64,000 bases of DNA from Iphione sp. A-MEVVRFRX5 (lineage: Eukaryota). The DNA is taken from the NCBI GenBank assembly GCA_976226885.1, contig OZ320317.1, positions 63,674,001 through 63,738,000 of the forward strand, written 5' to 3'. Made by a program: the position numbers and the translations under genes. The notes beneath the pieces were generated by a model that was not told the DNA's origin, ran no database searches, and saw only the letters and a program-made list of their open reading frames with translations. The stretch's first letter is position 1. The number at the start of each line of letters is the position of its first letter. This document shows positions 1 to 10,102 of this stretch, in pieces.

Positions 1-812
1 TTTTTCTTTATAGTCAGCAGTTCCTTTATGTTTCTTTCTTTCTATCATTTCTTCCAAGATTTCATCAGTCATCCATACCTTTTTCTTTTCTCTTCTCTTT
101 TTAGGTAGTATTGTTCTCATATGTTCTAAGTATTGTTCTCATGTTCTCATTAGCTCATCATCTCCAAACTTATATTGAGATAGACTAGCTTCTACCGATC
201 AGATTTTCCAAATGAAACCTGAGGTTCTAAGGAAGAAAATCCACTATAGCTTGTCTTTCTAACTTGATTTACAGAGAAGTTACAGCCCTGTAAATTAGTC
301 CCATGAACTCACAATGTAAATGAGGTAAATTTGACCGCAAATGTAAACAATGTAATTCTACGTTGGAATGGCATAAAACGGCGGTCGGCCCATTATCACA
401 AAGATACAAACAAGCTGTGGCAGACAGAAGAGAGAGACATCGTTCCTGTTGGTGTGGTATCCCACTCCTTGCAAGGTTGCCTTAAATAACAGTGGTAACA
501 TTGCCAGGGTGGGTATCCACTTATACTGGTCACACCTACAAAATCTGGACAAGATGTTTTGGGGAAGACACCGATCTGTGCCTTTTCTTTCTCACATTTC
601 AAGACAGGTCTGTATCACTACTGATTTGTTTGTGCTTCCTACGTTTACCAGCTAACGGTCTACCATTCATGCCACTGGTGCATGGAGTCTCAAGAATCAT
701 TTCAGCAAAGGTATGTGATGTTCCTGCAGGACCTAGATGATTGGATGGCGCAAAGCAGTGTGCAGAAAGGTAAAATCTGATCTAATGTCTTAACCAAATA
801 TTCATAGACACC

Positions 813-1220
813 TTGGTAGGTACCCGCACCTTCACCAGCCTTATAAACGTCATCCCAGGAGACCTAATAACTATGCAGTCCTTTCTTTTGTGTCTTTACT
901 TTCTAAATGATGATGCATCTCCGTCCGCATTTGAGGCTCCGGCGTCAGTAGACCAGGAGGTCCCTAAGAAAGATGATGGCAGCAAGGAAAGTGATGACAG
1001 TAACAGTGCATCTGAGGACAGTGGTACCTTGTCCTACAGTCCTCCTTCGCTGGGCCCTGTGTATGAGGCAGGGCCACTTCCACTGCCTATAACCAAAGGT
1101 CTTCCAGCAGCACGAGTGATACCACTACCACCACCAATGGTGCTTATGGCCATTGAGAAAGAGTTGCCTGAGCTCCATATCAACGCCGACCAGCACCGCT
1201 CCTTGTCCTTTTCATTATAA
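813..1220 (+). pseudogene. Unidentified coding-like segment (acidic/Ser/Pro-rich), possibly a terminal exon of a decayed gene; a possible upstream 60-nt exon lies at 651-710
   Basis: ORF track reads ...DDASPSAFEAPASVDQEVPKKDDGSKESDD...PLPPPMVLMAIEKELPELH...; 651-710 is bounded by a pyrimidine tract + CAG acceptor and an AAG|GTATGT donor. No recognisable domain. Confidence 0.3.
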
Positions 1221-1378
1221 AGGGATATGGGTAATATTTCTTTAGGGGATGGGGGTGAGGGAAAACTCTGGTGGTGGTAGTGGTGGTGGATAGGTTTCAG
1301 ACCGGTAGTAGTGGTAAAAGTTTGATGTAAGTTTGATGTTTGATATAAAAATATCTGCTATATACTATTAGTATCTAA

Positions 1379-1672
1379 CAGGTGTTTTCTCCAAAGAAGG
1401 GAATATATTCCACATAGACATGAAGTGAAATCTTTTTGGATATAAGTAAACATTCAAAATAATGAATCGCCATCTATGTGCCTGATGAGACATTGTCGAA
1501 ACCGTGTGATATATAGTGGTAAACCATAAGCCCCAGAAGAAGTATGACTGTGAAACCTAAGTATCCATAGCAACCACAAAACAACAATAAAAAGGGGAAC
1601 AAGGAGGAATGCTGGCCACTCACTCGGTAGCACTCCAAGAGTAAGGACTCTAGCGAATGTTTTTTCTTACAT
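1379..1672 (+). repeat. 5' pseudo-LTR of the PLE (direct repeat of 5906-6199)
   Basis: Colinear 294-bp match to 5906-6199; 10 substitutions by manual count (~96.6% identity), no indels. Confidence 0.95.
1473..1530 (+). ncRNA. Minimal type-I hammerhead-ribozyme-like motif in the 5' pseudo-LTR
   Basis: CTGATGA (1482-88), stem II GAC-att-GTC, GAAA (1498-1501), candidate stem III ACC...GGT then A (GUA site at 1519-21). Stem I pairing is imperfect. PLEs are known to carry such motifs. Confidence 0.62.
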
Positions 1673-2419
1673 ACGACCACCAGTTAGTCCATACTCGCCA
1701 AGGCAGCCGTGCCAGCATTCACTCGCATAAAAAGAAACCCCCACCAATACCACTATCGTTCGAGCGTTTGCTGACATCTGCCAATGTTACGAATCAATAA
1801 ATCCCCGAGTATTATACCGGGCACAAAACAAAATGGCAGTAAACTATATTACCTGCCAAAAGGACAGAAACCAATCCCATCAGACAAAGAAGCGCAAATT
1901 AAAAGCGATTAAAGAATATATAACTCACCGAGCAAGCCGAACACGCCGGAAGGTAAACATCATGGACATCGGTCACTAAACGACTGGACAAACGCTAAAA
2001 ATAAACAAACCACAATTGTTACATAACTACACGGGTTGCGACCCCAAGCGAAAACCACAGAACAAAAGAAAGAAACTGTGACAATAAACATCAGTATCAA
2101 GACAGAGGAAAAAGTAACTATAATGAACATGTCAAAAAGCACACACTGAAAAAATATCAGATCAACCTGCTGGCTCTTCTCAATAAGGAATTCCGAGAAA
2201 GCTAGCTGGACATCAAGCACCCCGTAAAACACCATTCAAAAACACCACTGCCACCACCTATATTCCCAACCAACCCCACTGTGAGGTCGGGAGAGACCAA
2301 GTTGAACTATACTGTCGTTTGGTCAAGAACAGCCCCGCTGTCAACTCCCTAAACCATCACACAGGCCCGAGGCATTTAGGTCCTATGAGGGACTAATACA
2401 TCCATCTCTTTCCTGTGAA

Positions 2420-3196
2420 ATGACCAGTACATCTGCATCTTATCTGGCCACGAGCATGGCGACAGGCAGACGCAGTTCCGACACTCTAGTCACCCTGTGT
2501 GCAAATCTTGTATTCCAGAATCAACCATGGCTTAGGTCTCTACCCCAATCAGACATAGATAGCTTGAATCGAGCCATGAGATTGATGGCGGTCCAAGCCA
2601 GAGCGAATGTGAGACTCGACTTCACAGAGCAATGTCTAGAGAACGGTTACCTCTTCAAGAGTACCGTCCACACAGGCACGGTACCAGGCTTCTATCGGGA
2701 CGATCCTGATCTGCAAAGTAATCTCAGTGAATTAAGACAGCAGAATGCAAGGAGTAAGATGCTAATGATGGTGGAATCCCTGAGAAAAATCAGCCAAAGA
2801 ACACGCTCTGAGGCATATTCAGAGATAGCGAAGGTTGAAGCTAAGATGACGAATCAACACATAGCAGACAGCTGGAGGTACACCCAAGAGTGCACTGACA
2901 AGGTGGACAGGGAAATGCATGACGATCTAGTGAACAGGCAAAATAATATAATCATGTCTAACCTATCCAGTTCCATTCTAGCCCCTTTTCACCAAGCGGC
3001 TCAGGGCCACACACGAGGCCCTACCCCACGATTGGGCCTGAAGGGAGCCGCCAACAAAAGGCCCATGTCAAGAACCGGCCAGACAAAACGATCAGCACCA
3101 GAATCATCAGCAGATCTACCAAAGGAAAAAAAGAAGACGATCAGGGTGAGCCAGGACGAAATGACTCTCCTGGAAAAAATACTACGAAAATCTTAG
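2420..3196 (+). CDS. N-terminal helical/coiled-coil region of the PLE polyprotein (258-aa ORF)
   Basis: Contains LDFTEQCLENGYLFK and a downstream amphipathic helical segment resembling N-termini of long PLE ORFs; lies inside the pseudo-LTRs directly upstream of the RT region. Confidence 0.6.
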   Translation: MTSTSASYLATSMATGRRSSDTLVTLCANLVFQNQPWLRSLPQSDIDSLNRAMRLMAVQARANVRLDFTEQCLENGYLFKSTVHTGTVPGFYRDDPDLQSNLSELRQQNARSKMLMMVESLRKISQRTRSEAYSEIAKVEAKMTNQHIADSWRYTQECTDKVDREMHDDLVNRQNNIIMSNLSSSILAPFHQAAQGHTRGPTPRLGLKGAANKRPMSRTGQTKRSAPESSADLPKEKKKTIRVSQDEMTLLEKILRKS

Positions 3197-3198
3197 TA

Positions 3199-5477
3199 AG
3201 TGACACCACCACCACCAAAAATAGGTTTGCGATACTATCAACCATGTCTGAAAATCCCAAGCCCACAAGTGAACCTCCCCCCAAAACCAATGAAAAAATG
3301 CAAAAAATTAATAACTGTAAGGCCAGACCAAAAGACAAACTTAAACCAAGCAAGATCCTAAGTGCTAGTCAATTCAAATCTAACGATATTCGCTTATAGT
3401 TCAGAAAAATTGATGAACGGGCGCCTCTGTCAAATGAGGCAGCACAAGGAACAAGTGATGCCCAGAATGCAGGTGCCACCAAAGGAAATGATCTTGACCA
3501 TACTACTGTTAACATAGACCTAAGAGTTCAAGCTAACCCCATCAAACGTTGCTTAATAAACATGTTCCATGAAAACCATGTGTGCCAAGACTATGACTGT
3601 CTCAAGAAAATTGAGCAAAGAATTGAAGAAATCGAAAATAAGCCCAAAAAGAAAGTATACAACATCTCACAATACGAATTAACTAATGCAGAGCTCAGCC
3701 TGCTTGAAAGAGGCCTTAGCTTCTGCCCCACCCCCGGCGAGATTAACCTAGGTGAGAAGAAAGAAGATATAGATAAATTCCATAACAAACTAAGATTCAG
3801 ACATCACTTTAAAGACCATTCAAACAATACACTTTCTGAATGTGAAAAAAACATACGAAAAATTGACAGAAAGAACAAACCAATGAGGAGGGGTCCATCT
3901 GTGCCTCCTCTACTGGAAACAATGATAAACATTAATGAATTACAATTGGACGACATCACCCCAAGAGACCCCGAGCACAAAATATCTCAAAAGAAGAGAA
4001 AAAGGCTATAAAGACATTGAGGAGTAACAGATCAATTATCATAAAGAAGGTGGACAAAGGAGGCGCAGTAGTGGTCATGGATAGAGATACATATCGCAAT
4101 GAGGCAGAAAGACAACTCTCTAACACCTCACACTACAAAAGATTGGATCACGACACTACTAATGAGTTTAATGCCTCCATAACGCAAATGATAAACAAAC
4201 TATGTGAAGATGGAGAAATCCCACCAGACACATCGAAAAAACTGATAACTGAAAAACCATGTACCCCTGAAATGTATTTCTTGCCAAAAATACACAAAAA
4301 TACATTCCCTCCATCGGGGAGACCAGTAATATCAGCAAATGGCTGCACCACAGAGAAAATATCAGCGTATGTAGATCATTATCTACAAACTGTAGCAAAA
4401 TGCCAACGATCCTATATCCGTGATACAACAGACTTTATAGATAAACTAAATAATCACACATCAAACAAAAAAGACCTCCTGGTCACGCTAGACGTAACCT
4501 CCCTTTACACCAACATCCCCAACATATCCGGGTTGACAGCCGTAGAAAGACAATTAAACAGATACCAAAACAACAAATCGGGTCCCAGCGATAAGACACC
4601 ACTGCAACTCTTGAAGGTGGTACTAGAAAAAAACAATTTTAAATTCAACGGCGAAAACTATTTACAGATTGGAGGTACTGCTATGGGCACAAGAGCAGCA
4701 CCATCATATGCAAATATCTTCATGGGCGACTTTGAGGAACGATATGTGTACATACAAGAACTACAACCAAGCCTCTATGTCAGATTCATCGATGACATTT
4801 TTCTAATATGGCCACATGGCATGAACAGTCTCAACAAATTCATCGAACGACTCCAAACCAGTGTAAAAGGTATCAACTTCACAGAATCCATTTCAGACAA
4901 AAAGGTCGTCTTTTTAGACTGTGAAGTCAAAATGGACCAAAAAGGAACCGTATCAACAAATTTATACATGAAGGACACAGATAGCAACACAATACTACAT
5001 TATCATTCAGCACATCCGAGGCAAATGAAAAAGAACATCCCCTATAGTCAGTTCCTACGCATCCGACGGATCTGCAGCAACGAAATGGACTTTGCCACAC
5101 ACTGCTTAGAGAAAGCCAGATCACTGGTAGAGCGCAAATACCCGCTACCAATAATTGCCAGAGCATTACATGAGGCCTCAAAGAAAACCCGCACAGAGAC
5201 ATTAACCTCAAGGAAAAGAAACGTAGAGGGAGACCAAAACATCCTAATCACTACCTACCATCCAGAGAACAATGAAACAGAAGAAATGGTAAGAAGAAAT
5301 TATGTCTTCTTACAACGATCTCAGTCCACCAAAGAACTGGGAGATTCAAAATTGCTCATAGCCTACCGTAGGTGCAAGAACCTAAGGGACACCCTAGTCA
5401 GAGCCAGGTTCCAAGACTATGAAGCAAAGAGTCATGGTGAACAACAGGAAAAGTTGATAACAGGTGTAGAGATGTGA
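3199..5477 (+). pseudogene. PLE reverse transcriptase region (disrupted)
   Basis: NISQYELTNAELSLLERGLSFCPTP, IIIKKVDKGGAVVVMD, YFLPKIHK, LDVTSLYTNIP, QIGGTAMGTRAAPSYANIFM, YVRFIDDIFLIW. In-frame TAG at 3397-99; frameshift near the A-run at ~3978-3981. Confidence 0.92.
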
Positions 5478-5972
5478 AATGCAAATATTGCCACTTGATA
5501 AACAAAAAAGACAGTATATGTAACAAGACAACTAACTGCAACTACCAAATGAAAAATCAATATATCCTGCAACAGGAGCAACATAATCTATGCATTAGTC
5601 TGTAGAGAGTGTGGTATCACATATGTCGAACAAACCAAGAGGAAATTAAAAGAAAGACTATGTGAACACATATATGATATAAGATGTAGAACAAACAAGA
5701 ACTTAATCACCCATCACTTCAACAAAAATCATGACCATAAGAAAAACCTGAGTATTTGTGTCTTAGATTTCATCCACCCAGCACCCAACAGCGAACAGGG
5801 AAAAACCCTCAGACAAAAATTCAAAAACAAATGGATCCATCGATTGAAAACCATTTCACCAGCTGGAATGAACCTAATGGATGGAGAATTCAATTTATTT
5901 CATTTCAGGTGTTTTCTCCAAAGAAGGGAATATATTCCACATAGACATGAAGTGAAATCTTTTTGGATATAA
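5447..5972 (+). pseudogene. PLE Cys linker and GIY-YIG endonuclease (frameshifted; not in the ORF track)
   Basis: Manual translation: GKVDNRCRDVKCKYCHLI...[frameshift ~5555]...ISCNRSNIIYALVCRECGITYVEQTKRKLKERLCEH...HHFN...KWIHRLKTISPAGMN; stop TAA 5970-72 falls inside the 3' pseudo-LTR. Confidence 0.88.
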
Positions 5973-6199
5973 GTAAACATTCAAAATAATGAATGGCCAT
6001 CTATGTGCCTGATGAGACATTGTCAAAACCGTGTGATATATAGTGGTAAACCATAAGCCCCAGAAGAAGTATGACTGTGAGACCTAAGTGTCCATAGCAA
6101 CCACAAAACAACAATAAAAAGAGCTACAAGGAGGAATGCTGGCCACTCACTCGGCAGCACTCCAAGAGTAAGGACTCTAGCGAACGTTTTTTCTTGCAT
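5906..6199 (+). repeat. 3' pseudo-LTR of the PLE
   Basis: Direct repeat of 1379-1672. Confidence 0.95.
6000..6057 (+). ncRNA. Hammerhead-like motif in the 3' pseudo-LTR, core mutated (GAAA to AAAA)
   Basis: CTGATGA at 6009-15 and GAC-att-GTC are present, but AAAA at 6025-28 replaces GAAA. Confidence 0.45.
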
Positions 6200-6416
6200 G
6201 ATGTTTGATATCAGTTTGGTGCTAGTTACTGCAAAATATATTTATTGTCATTTACGTTTTCATAAATAGAGAAAGTAACCTTACTTTTTATTGTCCATCC
6301 AACCACAACAAAGAGACACTTCTTTCACATTACAACATTATACATAACAACATTTCAGAAGGAAGAAGTAGTAGTACTGCGCCCTACTAAATTTTATCTC
6401 AGATAAATTGCAAGCA

Positions 6417-6760
6417 CTATTGTGTTGAGATGGTACAATGAGTGAGACTTTGGTGATGCAGATCTCCCTCTACATTAGACAGTATGAACTGGGAATGCTC
6501 CTGGTTCACATGGATGAAGCGCCGAAAATAGGTGGTGTCCTCCTGGATTTCCAGTACTAAATGATGATACATCCAAAGGTGGTTACGTTCTCTGTTCACT
6601 GGATGAACCCATGCAGTAGCATCGCCTGGGAGACAACCAATACTAGAGTTACAGGAGTGCCATTATGATAGCAGTGATTTGTTATATCAAAATCCACTGA
6701 TATAGGGACGAGGCTCTCCTCCTCCTCCCAGAATTGCTAGATCTCCAAGGCATCATACCC
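6417..6760 (-). pseudogene. Degenerate terminal-exon-like coding remnant of unknown identity
   Basis: Minus strand TTTTTTCTTGTTAG acceptor, then GYDALEI*QFWEEEESLVPISVDFDITNHCYHNG...[frameshift]...HPVNRERNHLWMYHHLVLEIQEDTTYFRRF...*; AATAAA lies downstream on the minus strand. Confidence 0.3.
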
Positions 6761-7590
6761 TAACAAGAAAAAACCACATCTAAACATATGCAGATGAAAA
6801 ATAAAACAAAGGCCGGCAGTTGGCGACTCTTATCAGAACGTACACACATGCACACAAAATGTAGAGGCCTGGTTTTGAGATTGCAATTTGCCCCTATGCA
6901 GCAGTTGGCGACTTTGATCAGAAAGTACATACATACACACAAAATGAGTTCGGTCTTAAGATTGCAGCATATCTCTATGTGTGCATACATCTTTTAGGGA
7001 TTGATTGGACATTTATGCAATATTTTTGGCACAAAGTAAGCATAGAAAATTGGGCAGGCTGCTATTTTGGGAGCTAAGAATGGTTAAATATCTTATCAAA
7101 ACAAATCTGCTCATAAAAATCTTGCCTGAATGTCAGCACTATGACTGTAGGATTAGGGCGGAAATACTAAGAATTATATTATTCATAGATTAATGAGAAT
7201 CGAATTACTTGTTAGCAGATAACTCTTTGGTAGGATGTAAACACAGAATCCGAGATGGCATGGCTGGGCACCTCCCCGAAACATCCAGTCCTGGTATATA
7301 GAGGGAACTGGGTCGACACATAAGGCACAACCAGACACATGTCAAAGCATTTGCAGTTTTCTCTCAGCAGACATGTATATCACATAATGCCAGCAGATAG
7401 GTTTGCGTTGGGAACAGATAGGCCTACATTTGAACACCCCCCTCCCCCAAGGAACTCAATATTTAGCCCTTGAGGTCTTTTCATATCATTCAAGAGTTTT
7501 GTGCTACTGAATCACGTTCCATGTCAAGCAAGTAGTGGTGGTCTGTAACAGGTCATTTAAAGTACCCCTTAACCTAATGCACAACCCTAC

Positions 7591-7915
7591 TGTAAGGTGT
7601 GGATAAATAAAGATGTGAACAACCCAGAGTCCAGTTTAAAAACTGTTTATTTCCTTCCAAAACCAGTCTTATATAGCCTGTGGGAGCCACAGTTAGCCAA
7701 TCAGAGAGCTAGGTGTGTTACCTGACCAATCAGAAACTAGGGTCACCAGTAGCAACAATGTATCACATTAAAAGAAGACATCCTGCCAATCAGCATCTTC
7801 CCTATAACAGAGGATACAAAGTAATTGAACATGGAACATCCCCCCTCCAATCAGAGAGCTTCTCCCATATTAGGAAGTGTGGGGTGATTGCCCAGTGGCC
7901 AATTATAGTGTGACA
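7591..7915 (-). mobile_element. Candidate solo LTR (~325 bp)
   Basis: Minus strand begins TGTCAC and ends TTACA; four CCAATCAG motifs, then TATATAAG and AATAAA in LTR order. No matching TSD found. Confidence 0.4.
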
Positions 7916-8864
7916 CCCTGTAGTGGAAATTTCCATACTGACACCAGTGCGGTGTGTAATGCAAGAAATTCCCATAGGGCAGTGCGTCACTTAAAAAAGG
8001 TGCGGTGGGTTAGATACAATCTGGTGCGACAACCTACCTTCTGTACCTAATAATCCTGGACTAACAGGGCATAAAGGCCAGTGCCTCACACTACCTTGTG
8101 CATCACCATGAACGTGATCCATGCATGTTAATCTAAATGACCTTTCTATTGCTATCCATTAAGAGGTGTATCGGAATCTTATCTGCGTATATATGTAGAA
8201 GCGCTGATCATTCATTATAGAGTAAATTAGTTAAAAAAAAGAGTGCCATTTAAAGTACTTTCCTATATTGACTTATCCAGCTCATTCAATGTCTGGGTAA
8301 CTTAGTAGTTGAAATGGGTATATTGATGAAAACAGTGAAATGACCGAATACCGAAAACAAAGGGAATGTGCTTGTGTGACACACCATACTACGACAGTAA
8401 TCATATAATTTGAAAAGAGGACTGACATTAACTCAACATACATTCACCTAGTGTGTGTCACATCTTCTTTAGCGTCAAAATGCATCTTTTCTATTCAAGT
8501 CTAATTATTTCTTCTCGGACACAAAAGAGTTGACAACATCAAAGTTAGGAGTCATTTCACTAGTAATTAGAAAAATCCTCTGCGAATTGAGAAGGTACAC
8601 TGCAAGCGCATATCAAAGGCAGCTCGCCACCTAATCAATAACAGATACATTACATGCACATGGTTTGCATATTTTGTGCATTCCGTCCATTCTTTGTGCA
8701 TTATAGTATAGCTCTTGGCAACGTTACTCCTGCAGGCTTACAAAAGATGATATCCACTGGCTGTAAATTTATCATGCAGAGAAACAAGGTAACCCCCTCG
8801 TTAGGCCTGCACTTCCTTTATTTGTGTAGTCGGTTAACCTGTAATAATGCTGCAGACGTCTTTA

Positions 8865-9176
8865 GGCCTAAATAATATCCATCTTTCCGATAAAATGATG
8901 AAGAAATGTGGGGTTGGTCGGTCAGTGCTTTTATTTTATTACCTCACAAATTTTCCTATGAAAATGATGGCCAATTCTTGTCAAGTATGGTGTTGTTACT
9001 TCTAAAACATAAAACATATATCAAATGAAAGCTAATGATACAAGAAATATATTGGTACATAGTATGGGTCTCTATCATTAACCAATCCGAAGATATTTAC
9101 GAAAAAAGAAGTTACAATTGACTATAATGTAGGGTCGGTCAGGTTATTGGAAACACAGAACCTTTTTTATTAGGCC
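8865..9176. mobile_element. MITE with GGCCTAAATAA...TTATTAGGCC ends
   Basis: Short imperfect terminal inverted repeats and subterminal GGTCGGTC motifs; left flank TTA, right flank TAT. A related right end occurs at ~21687-21731. Confidence 0.5.
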
Positions 9177-9780
9177 TATGCCTGCATATTGAGCTGTGGG
9201 TGCCTTCGAACAAAACAGTCAGACTTATTTTTGTTCTTTGAGGGAGGTCATTTTCAAAGAGATGCATTTGAGAAGATGTTACAATTATAGCAGGCACAAG
9301 AACACAGGTGTGACTTCAAATATATACCACGACACACCAGGTGGTAATGTTGATTTATCTGCTTACGTTGCAGTTGTACCTACTAAACAAGGCTAGAATG
9401 CATTGCAAATAACAGGATGTAACAGCAATAGTCAGAACAAGGCTAGAAAATGTTTGAACAGAACATGTTAAAGTCTGCTAAATTTGATGTTACCTTGTGC
9501 GTGCAAATTGTATGCCCATCTCCACACGTCATATATTTCTGCATATTTTGTTATGTTGTGATTTTTTTATGAGTTATTGACATTGTTGTGTACATTATTA
9601 TCAGTTATTTATGCTGTTTGCATTGGTTTGTGTTGCTTATCTATTTCCTGGTCACAAGAAATCAGATTTTCAGTATCTAGAACTTTCATATGAGCTATGA
9701 TTTTGTACTGCCAGCCTTGGTGAAGTTTGCTGTATCATTTTATATATCAAACTGAAGATGTTTAATTGTAGATTCTTCTG

Positions 9781-9801
9781 GGGCCAGCTGCTGTTATGCA
9801 C
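9781..9801 (+). repeat. Left TIR of the Harbinger
   Basis: Reverse complement of 19530-19550 with 2 mismatches. Confidence 0.93.
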
Positions 9802-9919
9802 ATCGCCACCGCGGGGTATTCGGCCGTGTTAGTGATGACCCAATTACTTTACCCCGTTGTAACCGCTACCCCGCTCTCCTTACCACGCTTTGAAAATCGC
9901 GCCTTGTTTCGTGATACGT

Positions 9920-10000
9920 GATTGGTTGCTCGCTAATTCCCGCGCGAAAAACTATATCCGCCATAAACAGACGCGCACGTGTACCTAGTAGTATATAAGT
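9920..10000 (+). promoter_or_regulatory. Probable promoter of the Myb/SANT gene
   Basis: GATTGG (inverted CCAAT) at ~9920 and TATATAAG at ~9991, about 110 bp upstream of the ATG at 10103. Confidence 0.4.
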
Positions 10001-10102
10001 AAGTGCTCTGAGCCGCTCGTCCACTCGTCTCTGAGCACGCCCACCAGCTACTCGTCAAGCTTTTTTTTTATCTCCGACATACGTGATACGCAACGTACCG
10101 AG

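Larger units (their letters stand above)
1379..6199 (+). mobile_element. Penelope-like retroelement (PLE), Neptune-like, decayed
   Basis: PLE-type RT motifs, a CxxxxCxxC linker (CRDVKCKYC), a GIY-YIG endonuclease, and 294-bp direct terminal repeats containing a hammerhead core. Confidence 0.93.

Noticed and set aside
1960-2235. Hydrophobic minus-strand ORF in the PLE 5' region, with antisense donors at ~1855 and ~1929
   Set aside because: The hydrophobicity follows from the A-rich plus strand; no coherent antisense gene model could be built.
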